A DNA stretch of 62,911 nucleotides, counting the filler, from Streblomastix strix (lineage: Eukaryota): the NCBI GenBank assembly GCA_008636045.1. It is 2 parts of 2 records of this genome, joined end to end, with 100 filler letters (N's around TTAATTAATTAA, not from the genome) between each part and the next. Parts side by side here need not be neighbours in the genome. Positions count along the whole stretch, not along the records: positions 1 to 31,433 come from SNRW01000081.1; positions 31,534 to 62,911 come from SNRW01000082.1. One strand, written 5' to 3'. This document shows positions 24,102 to 38,057 of the stretch, in pieces (the first letter of the stretch is position 1; every line of letters begins with the position of its first letter). A program made the translations under genes and the position numbers. The notes beneath the pieces are model-generated. The model saw only the letters and a program-made list of their open reading frames with translations. It searched no databases and was not told where the DNA came from.

Positions 24102-24353
24102 TCTTACTTCTATAAAAAAAGAGAGAAAAATATAATTATATTAATATTAAAAGATAAAAATCATTATGAAGCTTCTGGATAGTCTGAAAATTAATTTTTA
24201 ATTAAATTGGATTAAATTTTTGCAACTTATTGGATGAATTGATATTTATTGTTTTAAAATTGGGCAGAAATATCAAGCTTTCCATCATAAAATGGTGTGT
24301 TGCATATTAAATATACAAGAGAAAAAAGATAAACCAAATTAATTATATCAAAT

Positions 24354-27300
24354 TAGGGATGGCCATTTGGCGCAAATGTGGAGTCATTGGCGCGTTTGGA
24401 AAAGTCCGTGCGATCTCAGATTTATTACAATATTTTGAATAAGAGCACTATTAATAACAATTTTCAACTCAGCGCCAAGCGCGCCATAGGGGTCCTCGTC
24501 GAGATAATTTTTTATTATAAAATGCAAATTTCTAGTCTTAAAATCAATGTTTCCTGATATTTGCTCATTTTTTAATAAAATAGCATCCAATTTATATCTA
24601 TTTACACAGATTGTAATCTATAATATGGCTTTCAAGCTGAACTATCAGCATAACACAAAAAAAAACCTTGTTATCTCACATTTCTCTCTTTAAAAATTCT
24701 ATTTACTATATTTCAACTTTTTAATAACAACTAAACTTTATTAATATACAAAATGTATCAATAACTGATTGCAATTAACCATAGAAAAAGCAATAAGAAA
24801 TTTTACTAAAATAAAATCATACACATAGCAACATCTAATCAATGAAAAGATAATTTTTATGATTATTATATTATAATTATATATTTCTATCATCATTATT
24901 ATAATTAAATAAGATTATTCGATCTATTTATAAATTTTCGAACAAAAATTTGATTAACAAATTCTCGAGTATCTACTGCTTATCATTGAAAGTTTTTATA
25001 TATATTACTATATAACGCTTTTATTTGTACAATAGACTTTCTTGCGTACTTTTATGAGGTGATGCTGCTGCTAAACTTGGTGGATCTCAAATTAATCAAA
25101 TTGTATAATAGGCAGAACCTTCATAACAAACACATCACTAATTGGAATCCTTGATGTAACATGTGATATTAACAGTAACTCATCTGATTTATAATTCACA
25201 ACAAATAACAGCCATACATAATCACAAATAAATATAAATATTCCATAACTACTTCGCACTCCAAATTCATCATCAGCATCATCTATACCAAGATTATCAG
25301 TATCTGAGAGTGAGAGATCAGTAAATAAAGATAACCAATTCCCTGAACAAAAAACTGCGGATTGATAGTTACAACTTTTGAGTGTTGTGTATCAGTTGGC
25401 TAAGAATGGAGCTGGGTTTGTTATTATAAGGAATGAGAAAAATAAATATATTTAAATACTATTATTTATCTTTTGTTATTTTTTTTATTCTTTTATTTAT
25501 TCATATAATAATTCATTGTTGATGAAACTAAACTAGGCAGTGATATTATGAGTGTAGTTGATCATCTGTTTGTTTAATGGCAGGTATGATTATATGAAAA
25601 TGACTAATATAAATTAGTATATACTCTTTATTTACTCAAAATTAATTTAATCTCTATTTTTCATTTTATTTTATTTCAGAAAAAATCAGGAGCAGCATTA
25701 TTTTTTCCACGTACATTATAATAATCAGATATATTCCAATAGTTTGGAATTCTAAGAGTATAATCACCAACAGGACAGAATACTCCTTCAGGTAGAATTG
25801 TAAGTGTGAATATTAATCATATTTTCATATATATATTTATTATATTTTATTATATATATTCTATTCTATATATATTAGCTTCTCGTCATAGATACATGTC
25901 TCCATAATCAACCTCTCCACAACTCAATCATATCAGAAGCCCTTCATTCCCATAATCTCCAAATGGATCAACTAATGCATAGTAATTATTATCAGATAGA
26001 GACGGTAAGGATATTAAGGATAAAGGGAAAGTTGGAGATAAATGTATATTGTATAATATATGATAATAGATTAATTAATTAGTGGTTGTTTGTTTATTAT
26101 ATATGGATTATTCAGGCAAGAAAACGGAGGATGTATTGGAATAGGTATAATAATATTATTAATTGATTTTATTTTGTTTTTAATAATATTATGTATTTAA
26201 TATTATTTTGTATTTATTCTTTAATCCATTATATTATATAATTATAAGATGAGAATTCTGATTTGAAGGTTAAAATTGCCTTCTTTGAGAAAGAGATCAA
26301 GAGAAATGATGATGAGAATGCATAATACAGGTAATTTAAATACGTTAAAAAAGATTATATATGAATAAATTTTAATGATTAGGAGTTAAATAAATAAATA
26401 AAATTATTATATTATATTTTATTATTTATATTTATATAGAAAAGAGATCATAGCTATATAAGATGAATGCAGATGGAGAGAACAGGAGAAGCTTGACATC
26501 CAAAAGAAGGTATTTATATATTCAGAATATTAAATTAAATCTAATAATGATATATTATTATTAATGACATTATGACATTCACATAATATTTATGTATATT
26601 ATAATTATTATATGATTAGGTTAAATAAGAAGAAGATATCAGTAAAGAAAAAGATAAGGTTATTTAAAGGAGGGAGAAAACCATAGAAGAAGCTATGAAG
26701 AAACAGAATAAGACAGAAAGTTAAATTGAGTTCAAATTGGTAATACACTATATAATATAATATTAATTTTTTTATTAATTTAATACAAATCTTATGAAAA
26801 TAAACATTTCTTACAATTAATTATGTAAATAAAATACTAATTTTATAACAAAAATTTGAAATGTTTAATTCATATGATAAAATAAACATATCAGACAGTT
26901 ATAAGGTATAATTATCATTTATTCTTACTTTCTCCATCTCCTATAAATTAAGTTTTAATCAATCATTATAGTTCTATTTATAATAAAATTAAAAATTGAT
27001 ATAATAAAAAAAATGATTATTATACCATATAAATAAGATCGTTTCTTAGTCTTCGCTAAACTAATACTCATGATAGTATTACTGAACTTTATTTTATAAT
27101 ATATGGGCATATTATATAATAAAGAAAATGGTAATTATTATATTCCTTCTCGATTTCCTCTGATTAATTCTTTCAACTATATATAACACATAAAAATTTT
27201 AGTCATTTTAAGATATAGTATGTAGATATAAAACAGTTCTAACATAATTATTTCATTGATATATATCATATCCTTCTTTTCAAATTATTTTTTATATCAA

Positions 27301-27878
27301 ATATATTCATTTTGCTGAGTTGGTAGCTTTCTCTAATTTTGACTGTCCTGAAAGAATAGATAAATAAAATATCAAAATGTTAAGATAATAATAAACATAT
27401 ATTATTTCAACTTTTATTATAATATTTAAAAATGTTATTTTATTGGTAATTGACAATAAAAACATGTTTCAAAAATAATATTGTTATAATAGAATTATGT
27501 GTCTATTAGTATAATTTTTAAGTGTAAGATATTATATTTACTATGAAATTTATCGAATTATGAAATTTTAATAGTCGAATGTTGAGAAAAATGCAAATTG
27601 TTATGATTTTCTCTAATTCTTCAACTATAATACAATTATTTACATCACTTATCTATATTTATCGGAATTGCAGTAACTAAAACATTAAAGCCAATTTTTA
27701 TTAATAAATATATTTGAATAAAGAGAAATACATTATCTAGTTTATTAGGGTTTTATTAGATTATGCCCGAGTTTAAAGTTTATATATAAAATAAGTGTAT
27801 ATAGAAAAAATTGGTCTTAACCGGGAGCATTGAAGTTGGCGCACTTGCGCCAAATGTGCGCCAGATGGACCATCCCTA
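24354..27878. mobile_element. Non-autonomous hAT-like TIR element, 3.5 kb
   Basis: TIRs tagggatggccatttggcgcaaatgtgg and inverted tagggatggtccatctggcgcacatttgg. The 8-bp flanks are tatcaaat and tttcaaat (7/8 match). Subterminal tggcgc/gcgcca repeats occur at both ends. No transposase seen. Confidence 0.8.
25035..26739 (+). pseudogene. Captured multi-exon host gene fragment (Ser-rich and coiled-coil exons)
   Basis: Several GT-AG-bounded exons, e.g. ENSDLKVKIAFFEKEIKRND and KEIIAIQDECRWREQEKLD. It has a frameshift and a TGA, and ends at a splice donor. Confidence 0.55.
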
Positions 27879-28120
27879 TTTCAAATCGAATTTCAAGTAT
27901 ATTTACTTAAAATTCAACTAATCAAATATAATAATTTAAATTTATCAATTTATTAAATTATTTGTACATCAAGAATATTTTATAACTAATTAATATAAAT
28001 TCTAAGAAATTAAAGAAAGAAAGTTCATTTATTGATTAATTCAATATTCATATTTTGATGAAAAAATTCCACAGTATTAAGTAAATTGAATTAAAAATAA
28101 AAAATATATTTTTTAATTAG

Positions 28121-29948
28121 TCATTCAAATCTACTTCTTTTTCGGCTTTTTTCTCTTGATCTGCTCCTTGATCTACTTCGTGAGTTGCGTTTATTATGAT
28201 GATGATGTCGACTGCTACTTCTGTGATGATTCTCTTTATTAGAATTGAATTCATTGGGAGAATTTCTTTCTCTGCTTCTTTCATATTTTTTCTCTGATTT
28301 ATTGTGATTGTCTTCTGATCTACTTCTCTTTCTTTTTTATTTTTCTTATAAATCTAATTTGCTATCTTCTTACACTTCATCATTTTATTTAGCATTTTCA
28401 GTATCATTTTCTTTAGTATTTGAGCGAATGTTGAATTAATTAGAGATTTAATCCTTTTTTTTATCTTAATTATACGTTATTTTATCTGATTAGTATTATT
28501 CTTAAGGTATCAATTATGTTTGAACATCAATTTAAACTTAGATTTTATTATCACTAAAATTTTCTATCTATTGCTTTGTCAAAGGAGAAAATGCTTAAAA
28601 TTCGTCATTAAATGTTTTTGGAACTTTATTAGTCTATTCAGAGTTGACAGTTTCGAAATTAAATTTATCTTATATCCCAAGTTTTTTCTAATGTTTTTCT
28701 CGCATATCTTATATTCTAGTATCCGTTATTTCAATTTATTGAGATGGAAGTGGTTATTCATCAAAATATGGGTGTTTAAGTGCTTCTTCAGCTGTAATCC
28801 TACGTTCAGGACACAGTGTTAACATCCTAAGTAATAGATCGTACCCAGAATTAGTCAATCTTGAAAAAATTTATCTGCCCTTACCTGTTTCAAGAAGGGG
28901 AGTTAGTTTTGTTCCTTTTTAAGCTTTATTCACTGTTCCTTAAATATTAATTGTTTTGGCTCCTGGAAACTATTTCCATCCAGGCCAGTTTGAGTCTTCA
29001 TCAGGTATTCCAACTCTACTGAATATGCAATTCATTATTTCGAATTCTTTTTTCCCTTCAAAAAACGGTTTTTCGTAGATTAATTCAGCAAATATGCAAC
29101 CACAAGCCCAGATATCAATAGCAAATGAGTATCTTGTAGATCCTAAGAATATTTCAGGAGCTCTATATAATGGAGTTGTGACACCATGTGTACTTTCTAA
29201 CAAAGATGTGGTAATCTTCTGCATCTATTAATTTGATGGAGAAGGAGAAGGAGAAGGTGTTTGTGATTTACTTTGTTATGATGATGATAGTTATGTATAT
29301 TAGGATGTTTATGAAAATTACTTTAAATAGGCTGGAATCATTTCTTAACCAACATTAAAGGCATCAGCAAACCCAATTTCTTTTGCTGAACCAAAGTCTG
29401 CTATTTTAAGTATTCCTTATGTGGATAAAAGTAAATTACTTGTTTTAAGATCTCGATGCATTACCCAATTTTTATGTAAGTGTGAAACACCTTATAGAAG
29501 TTATTTCATTATACATTTAATTTCACTTGAAATAAATGGAGTTTTTGAAGATGTTGTTTAGATAAGATCATATAAATCAAAATCTATATATTCCATTACT
29601 AGATAGAAATCATTCATCATTTAACCTATACAAATTATTAAATAAATAAATAAATATATATATAAACTAATTTGTTAATATCAAACCTTTTACTACCTCT
29701 TTCACATTAAGAAGATTAGGATGATTTTACTAAAGGAGTATTTTAATTTCTCTAAGAAATGTAATTGGGATTCCAGATTTATTATCAGTGACCTTCAATC
29801 TCTTAAGTGCCACTATTTCTCCAGTCTCAATATTCCTTGCTTTATAAACAACACCAAAAGTTCCTTCACTAATTTTCATAATATTTTCAAAGCAATCAAC
29901 AGATCGGCAAGCATTAAGGAAATTAGGTTTTGATTGAATACTATTCAT
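28121..29948 (-). CDS. CDK11/PITSLRE-like cyclin-dependent kinase; one intron at 29626-29686
   Basis: CRSVDCFE, EGTFGVVYKA, VALKR, PITFLRE, HRDLKTSN, IADFG, YRAPE and DIWACGCIFAEL, with an RS-rich C-terminal tail. Confidence 0.9.
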
Positions 29949-31015
29949 ATTCTTAAAGCTAAAAAAAGAAAGTTATAAAAAAATTAATAATAATAAAAAA
30001 AGTTTGATATTTTATATTTTATAAGATTTAATAAGAACAATTTGATGATTTATATAATATTTAGTTCTACTTTTCTTATAATAATTTTTATATAGTAAAT
30101 ATGGATGGATTGTATTCGAAGTTCGTTATTTTGTTTGAAAATTATTTATAATTATGATGATTGATCAGAAAAATGATGGATCTTAATACGTCTGCATCTA
30201 AGGGTTCATTCGAATAATTGTCAAATAATAGAAAAGTGGTAAAGACTTAATTAATCTACAAACAAAAGACATTTCAAAACATTCACTATTAAATTAATCA
30301 TTATACGAGTGAGTATATCTATTATAGCATTTTCTCAAGTATAAATTTTCATTTTTATCATTTCCTGATCCATTGATTAAACATTAGTTTTTATTTATAA
30401 TAATAAATATAATTAGATAGATATTTTATATGTTAAAAATATAGATAGTTTACATATTTGTAATTGATTTATGGCGAGGTGAATGAATTTTTGTAAAAAA
30501 TGTTCAAAATCACAATTTGTAGCTATAATTTTAATGAAAATGTTACATATGAGAGTTTATGTTAGATATTATTTAAATTGGTTGAATATGAAGCTTGTAG
30601 GTAGTTTATTAGTTGTGGATAGAAAGATTGATTGTGAAAGTTTCCTCGGGTGACAGTTGGTAATTTAATGTATGAAAATTTATTTCAATAATATTGAATC
30701 AGCAATTTTTAAATTTTTATATATGTGCTTGTAAAATTTCACAACATAAAGCTAGATCAATAACCAAAATCATTATTTGCTGTTTCTGTATGCATTAAGC
30801 ATTTTTCGTATGGATTATTTTTATCCCACTAATGAATTATTTTATACTGTTTAAATTTCATAATATTTACGAATAATACTTTATTCAAACTGTAATAAAT
30901 AAATAATTTTATTTTAAATAATATAATTGATTTATCCTGTGATGTCACTGCTCAATCATTAACTATTGCATATTAATGCAACAAATTATCAACTTTATTT
31001 TTTCTTTAATACATA

Positions 31016-31433
31016 GATATCATGATATAATCTGATTTAAGTGCGGACTGTTTTATTCCAGATATAGATTAATGTTTAACTCTTGAAGATGAATAAGTTG
31101 CAATAGAATAAGCACTTTTTGCAAATGAAATTTAACGAGAATAAATTCAAACTCAATATATTATAGAACGAAAATGGCCTTAAGCATTTATTACAGACGT
31201 ATTTATTTCACTTTTTTGTTATGATTATTATTGTTTACACATAATTATTTAGAGATAAATTGTAAGAGCAAACGAATTTATTGACCGAGTTGAAAGAAGA
31301 ATGAGCCAATCACCATTAAAAACATAAGAATAGTTTAATCATTTGTAAAATATCATATCTCCAGAGTTAGAAAGAAGCAGAATTAAGTAGAATGCAATAG
31401 AAGAACGGTTGGATAGTATTGAAATTTTGATGG
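31016..31433 (+). CDS. Hypothetical protein exons, truncated by the gap
   Basis: Two in-frame code-6 exons separated by a GT-AG intron near 31199-31252. Confidence 0.45.
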
Positions 31434-31533
31434 NNNNNNNNNNNNNNNNNNNNNNNNNNNNNNNNNNNNNNNNNNNNTTAATTAATTAANNNNNNNNNNN
31501 NNNNNNNNNNNNNNNNNNNNNNNNNNNNNNNNN
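31434..31533. other. Artificial contig linker (N44-TTAATTAATTAA-N44)
   Basis: Exactly 100 bp and symmetric, with a six-frame-stop 12-mer at 31478-31489. Confidence 0.95.
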
Positions 31534-31546
31534 TTGTATGCTTACC

Positions 31547-32039
31547 TGGCAGTCCCATTATGAACAATAATAACAGGAGCTAAAACTATAGCCGGTCTCT
31601 CAATCTAACATAATGTGGCCAATGTTGGTGGTTTATCAATCTTCTTCTCTGGATGTTTAATAACCAAAACAAAATTATATGTCTTATCATCTGATTTTGG
31701 AGTAGTTGGAGATTTTGGAGGAGGTTCAGTTGTATCTGTTTTGGTTCTTCTTTATAAAGGTTTTGTTTGGGAGTCTTTTTAACTATAATTTTTCTTTTTA
31801 GTTTCAATTCATCTTTTCTCCAAGGTGGAAGAACATATGCAGGAAGCCACTTCAATTAATCTGATGGAATAATATAAGTGGAATAAAATAGTAAATAAAT
31901 AATGTATATATATATACCATTTAGACCTTCTCATCTTTAAAGCGTTGTATAAGGATGACGTCTATTAAATGAAATTAGTTTCTATATTATAAATTTAAAT
32001 AAATAAAGTAAAAATAAATATATTCATTCTTTTCTCTGT

Positions 32040-32072
<33 letters not shown>

Positions 32073-32529
32073 TACCTCTAAAATGGAGGATGTTTCTCAT
32101 TGAAAGCTCTTGCAGCTGACAAAGCTTAATTTGCTAATTAAGAAGAAGAAGATGAGGATGAATATCCTCCTTACAATTATTTATTTTGTGATTAAGATGT
32201 TGGATTATACGATTAATATGGAGGAACTATTAAATTCGTTTAGTTACGAAAGAATTCAGCTATGTCGACTGCTCCTATTTCTTTTATATCTGCAAATATT
32301 ATATTAATTAATAATGTAATAATTAATAAAGAATAAATTTTAACTTTAATAAATTCAAATATCATGTTTCATACTCATCATAAAGACTTCTTCGTCGATT
32401 AAATACTCATTTACCTAATTAAATAATAATATATAAACATATATAATATATTATTATATATATTTATAATATTATACTTTCAACATCTTAATATAAACAT
32501 TGATAACACAATTATCTCTCATTGAAATC

Positions 32530-32612
<83 letters not shown>

Positions 32613-33711
32613 TATTTAAAAAATAATATTTTATTTTTTATTTTATTTCTTATTGTAAATAAACTTCAGTATAATCCTTAACAGAAATCTTCTTCTATCT
32701 TGGATCAACAGTCTTCAATGCAAGAGGAGATGAAGGTCTTTATCCAGGACCTAATTTTAATTAATAAATATTATTAATTAATAAATAAATAATTCTTCTT
32801 CTCTTATTCTTCATAATAACAAACCAAATAAACCCCAACCAACTCCACCTGGTCCAGTCATTATTTTTCCTTTCTTTCCTTTTTTATTCGTATTTTCCAT
32901 CTTAACATAAACAGCAATAAATAAATAATAATCGATATAAAAAGAATTATATAGAACAAATAATAATATAAATACCATTGCGAATTAATATTCATCGTAT
33001 AGATTTTCTAATTTTGGAATTCTTATAAGAAGAAGTTGATGTGCTCTGAGAATAATAAATAGTAATTAATTAATCAAATTATAAAATATGCAACATTAAA
33101 TACCTTAAATTTTCAACATAATCATACTTATACTCACATCTAAAATATCAGTATTACTTCTCTTTGCTTATTATCTTTTCAAATTCTATTCAGAATCTTG
33201 GGTTCCAACTATATCTCTTTCTTTTTCTTCATCTAATATGTTTGAATAATAAAAATAATAAATAAAATTAAAAAAAAAAATAAATTATTCTTAAAGATAT
33301 GCTTTTTATTTCATACAAACAAATTCATTTACTTCATCATTTTTATCATCAGCAGTTTAAATGGATAAAAGATGTTCTGCGCTATTATAAAATCCATATT
33401 CGCATTCTATTTAATATATGGAACCTGTGATTGGAAAGAAATAAATGAGAAATTAAATATATCATAAACATAATGTTAATTATGATCAGTAAATAACGTT
33501 TGCAAATAATTTTACAAAGTGTAAGCTGTGAAAATCATGAATTACTTAAAATAAACAAAGTTCTCAGATTCAAATGAATCCATAAGGTATCATACAAGTT
33601 TAATGCATATTCATTTAAATTAATAATTTATTATATATTTATATAAAATTAAATCAATAAATAAAAAAAATAAATAAAAAATTTTACTTCGTAGAGAGTG
33701 CTTTGGCCCAT
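31547..33711 (-). CDS. Multi-exon hypothetical gene, 3' truncated by the gap; exon phases not fully resolved
   Basis: About ten short higher-GC exons bounded by GT-AG, e.g. GKIMTGPGGVGWGLF and PAIVLAPVIIVHNGTA. Confidence 0.45.
32531..32611. repeat. (AAT)27 intronic microsatellite
   Basis: Perfect trinucleotide run. Confidence 0.95.
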
Positions 33712-33783
33712 ATATCCTAAAATTAAAAAATGTTTCATTTTAATTATAATTTCAAAATATTTTAATTAGAATAACAATTATGG

Positions 33784-33808
33784 ATTTTGGCCCGCGACGG
33801 GCCAAAAT
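33784..33808. other. Perfect 11-bp-stem GC-rich hairpin between divergent genes
   Basis: attttggcccg-cga-cgggccaaaat. Confidence 0.7.
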
Positions 33809-33937
33809 TTCCAAAATGCCAATGCCTAGATAAAAACTTAATATATTATTGATTCTTCAATTTATATTTTTACATATGTGTATTGTAATTAAAATTCTTT
33901 TCACATGAATATAATTTATAGGTTCCACTTTGAAAAA

Positions 33938-36900
33938 ATGACATCAAAGTACTTATTTATTAAAATTGGCATACTCACAAAGTTAATTCGCGATATTATA
34001 CTTTTAATATCTATTTATTTACAGATAACATTCAAATGGCTATAAAAATATGGAATCTTGCAGAAATCAAGCGCATAGAACGTGAAATTCTTGATGGTAT
34101 TATTTCTTGCATTTTTTTTACTATCCGCTTTATTATTTTATTATTATTCAGATGGTTCAGTTGCTTTGAATATTATAAGTGAAAATTAAATCTCAAGTTT
34201 AATTAATTGGGCTTTGAAAGAAAAGTAGCATGAAACTTAAGTTTGCTTCTTTAATCCCACTTATTAGATATAAAATGATAATTTCTATTATTAATACTAT
34301 TTTATTATTTATTGCACTTCAAGTTTGAAGCTTGGTTTCTATTATAGAGAATATTTGATATTTCATAGAGTGAGAAACTGAAATAAATATCTTCTTAATA
34401 ATAAAATCAAAAATCTGACGATTCTTCTGGTTTCAATCAATTTTACCAATTTATTATACCATAAAATTTTTTAAAAGCTATTGTGATATTAGCTATTGCA
34501 TAAGATTCTGAGTTCAATATATAGATTTTTTAAGGGATTTTGTGTGCTGATTTGATTAAAAGTAATTCATTTTATTATTTGTTATTTTTTTTCCATTTCA
34601 TTCTTAGAAATGTTCTTTAAGATGATGAATTAATTAGTTAATAGATTAGATAAGATTTAACTAATAAAGAGATAATTGAAGAGATTTTAAAGCCTTTTGA
34701 AGAAATAGATAATAATCCATTTGCACAATAATCTCATCAACAAAAATTCACTTAAGAACATACTAATCGCCTTAAAATTATTCTTCTGTTATTGAATGAT
34801 GGAAATTTATTAATATAAGAAGAAGTTAGAAAAATAATAAATTCAAATATGAGAGTTTAAATTGCAAAATTATGCGTGTGTGCTGGATTATATCAAACAA
34901 TTGGATAAAGTTCAATAAAAATTGGAGAAAAAGATTTGAAAGAAGGATACTAATTAAAGAAGAAGGATGTTGTTAATGATTTATAATTGGTTAAATTGAA
35001 ATAAAGTGAAGAATATTTGAATGAATTAGAAGGCATAGCATTTTCTCTAACAACATAATATCTCAATCCAGATGATTTCAGTGGAGATCAGCTTGTAGTA
35101 ATTGTCATTCTTGAATCCATTAATGGTTAAGAAAAGATATTAAATGAATTATTAGAAGAATTTATGAATGAAAAAGAGCAAAATAATTAAGAGAGAGAAA
35201 ATGAATTAGAAATATTATGTTAAATAAATGAAAAAGAGTAAGTATAAATTAGAGCAATAAAATAAATTGAAAATATAATTAATAATAATTTGGATTTTAT
35301 CACACAAAAAGAAAATCTTTAAACTTCAATTAATACTGAAGAAAGAGAATATAAGTTCATTGAGCTTATAAGAGTTGGAATTGGAAGATAAATTAGTAGT
35401 TTGATATAAAAGTTGAAAAAAAGACAATTAATATTATCTAAAATTAAAGAAAAAGTTTAATAAGAAGACTCTGAAGAAAAAAAGGAATAGAGAAGAACAA
35501 ATTCTTAAAACAGATTAATAGAAAAGATAGAATAAGTGATTATAAATTAGAAATAAAAAGGAGAATATATAGATGACGTGGTTCAGAAATGGGTAGATCT
35601 ATTTGATTAAATAATAATTAAAAGATATCAATAGCAGGATTCTCAAATTAAATTGAATTAAAATGTGCTTCCACTTGGATAAAAGGATTTCTTTCATTAT
35701 TTGAGAAAGAAAGAGATTGTATAATAACCTTACCCAACAAATGAAGAGTAATTGGGAACCTTCCTCGGTGTTCCAAATGAAAAATCAGAAGATTTAAAGA
35801 GATAAGAAGATTTATTAAAAGGAAAAAATGCAAACATTTATTATGTCTAGAATATTTTAGCTTCAAAAATTTATAAAAGTAAATCTCATTTTGAGGTTCG
35901 ATTAGAAGATTATATTTTGGAAAGGAAATAAAAAGGGTTAGGATAACAAATGATAAAATCAAATTAATCAAATATAAATTCATAATCTTCATAGTCAAAT
36001 ACTTTAAACGCAATTCTTCAATAAGGATAAAATTAATCAAACTAGTAAAATGAAATGAATTACCTTTATCTTCACTTCATAATATTCAAACATATACTCA
36101 AAATACTTCTATTTAATGGAAGATGGAGTATGAATGCTGGTCAGTAATTACAATTAATATTTAAGATAGTTGGAAATGGAAGAAAGAATAATTTCAAAGT
36201 TGAAATTGATAAAAATGATTAAGACTTTAATTTAGAAAAGCTTTTATCAATCAATTGTAATGAGATTTACAAATAATATAATATGGATTATCTAAATTTA
36301 ATTTAACTAGAGTTGAAATAATATAATGAAGCTAATCAGACATAAAAAATGAAAATAATAAAATAATGGTAAAAGCAGAAGGATTTTGTTAGGAATTTGA
36401 CAAAGAAAAAAAATTAAATAATAAAAAACAATGTATTGCAGATATTTGAAGAATACTAGATTAAAGAATCTTATGAAAATGAGAATTATTTCAAATTTTC
36501 TGAAAATAGAGATGGAAGAGTTGTTTGGGCAATGATGCCACTTTTGTCTTTTATCGCATTTCATAAACTAAAAGTAGAATCATAAAATAATGATAATAAT
36601 ACTATGAAAGAGCTTGCAGGAATCACAGAATAATATTATCCTCCTTAATAATTATTATAACTCTCTACAAAATTTTAACCTGGCATGAAATTTTATTTCG
36701 AGAGCCTTTAGGGAATTGTGGGGAAAATATCTCTTGAAATTAAAATTATAAAAATCAATGAACTTTAGATTCTTTAAGATATTTATATAACCAGATTAAG
36801 AGAAATGATTTAGACTCTAATCGTCCATTGTACATTAATAATAAATCAGTATGATGTTTATGGAACTATTTCAACTTTTCTACCCTTCATTATTAAAATA

Positions 36901-37872
36901 ATATAATTATTTATCCAAACAAAAAATGAATAAGGTTTTATCACAGAGCTTTCATAAATCCTTGAAATCATTCAATTAACAAAAGTAAATGTTGGATTCG
37001 GCAATAATGCACTAAATTAATTGAATCTTGACAATATATTAATAGATTTGATTGAATTCATCCTCTCCAATCTTGTTAAATAAATCGATATTTAAAATGA
37101 AACAAAAATCGTCAATAATTCTGATGATGAAGCGAGGATCATTCTATCATCTTTGAATATTCTTTCAAACTTTGTAAAATAAGATTCCAAATTTAAGAAA
37201 ATTCTATATCAGAATGGTTAATTATTTGAATAAGTTGTGAGAATTATTTCTTTGAAACCAGAATAATAATCAGGGCTAATAATATCAGTCAAATTTCTTT
37301 AATTAATAGCAAAATCACTTAATATATTTAATGAGTTTTTAACAATAAATTGCAATTTTATTTAATTTGCAATGATGAATTTCTCTTTTGCAAGAAAATT
37401 TGTTCAATGCTTTTCAAGAAGAGAATATTAATTTGTAAAATCAAATCAATTAACCAAATTTTAATAATATGTGAATCAAGCCAACACATCAATTATTCTC
37501 CAAAGTATTTCAATTCTTCAGAAAATCTATAACATTGGGTAACAATTGAGTTTTATTACATTGATTCAAAAGAATTAAATTTCATAGATGCTTACAGGAC
37601 TAATTTGCGTATCAGGCGGGAAAGAACCCGAAATAAATATGACAGAGAAAGGTTTAATATGTTTACAATTAGTTCACTAAACTTAATAATAAATGAATGC
37701 ATCATGGATAAACAACTTAACAAAATATGTCACATTAGAGGAAATAGAGTTAGAAGGAGCATTGGAAGAGATTTCTTCACTCATATATCAAAAGAGAACA
37801 TAGGATCAACGTCGAAATCAACCATAACCATTAGCTGCTACACTTCAAAATATTTTGATTAATCGTAAATGA
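33938..37872 (+). CDS. Large Gln/Glu-rich hypothetical protein with a helical (ARM/HEAT-like) C-terminus, multi-exon
   Basis: Long open code-6 exon from ~34608 to 37538 plus short 5' and 3' exons. Stop at 37870-37872. Confidence 0.65.
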
Positions 37873-38057
37873 GTTTATAATTCATTCACAACAAATTTGT
37901 TGGGTGTGATACATATCACAATTCCATCATAAACTTTATTATTACAAAAAAAGTATTGAAAAGTGAAAAATATTTTTTTTTAAACGGAATAAATAATTTT
38001 CATTATATTTGGATTGAATAAACAATTTTTTATTTTATACTTTTAAAAAATGATTTA

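Noticed and set aside
31434..31533. TTAATTAATTAA palindrome between N runs
   Set aside because: It is an assembly linker, not biology. Linkage across it should not be assumed.
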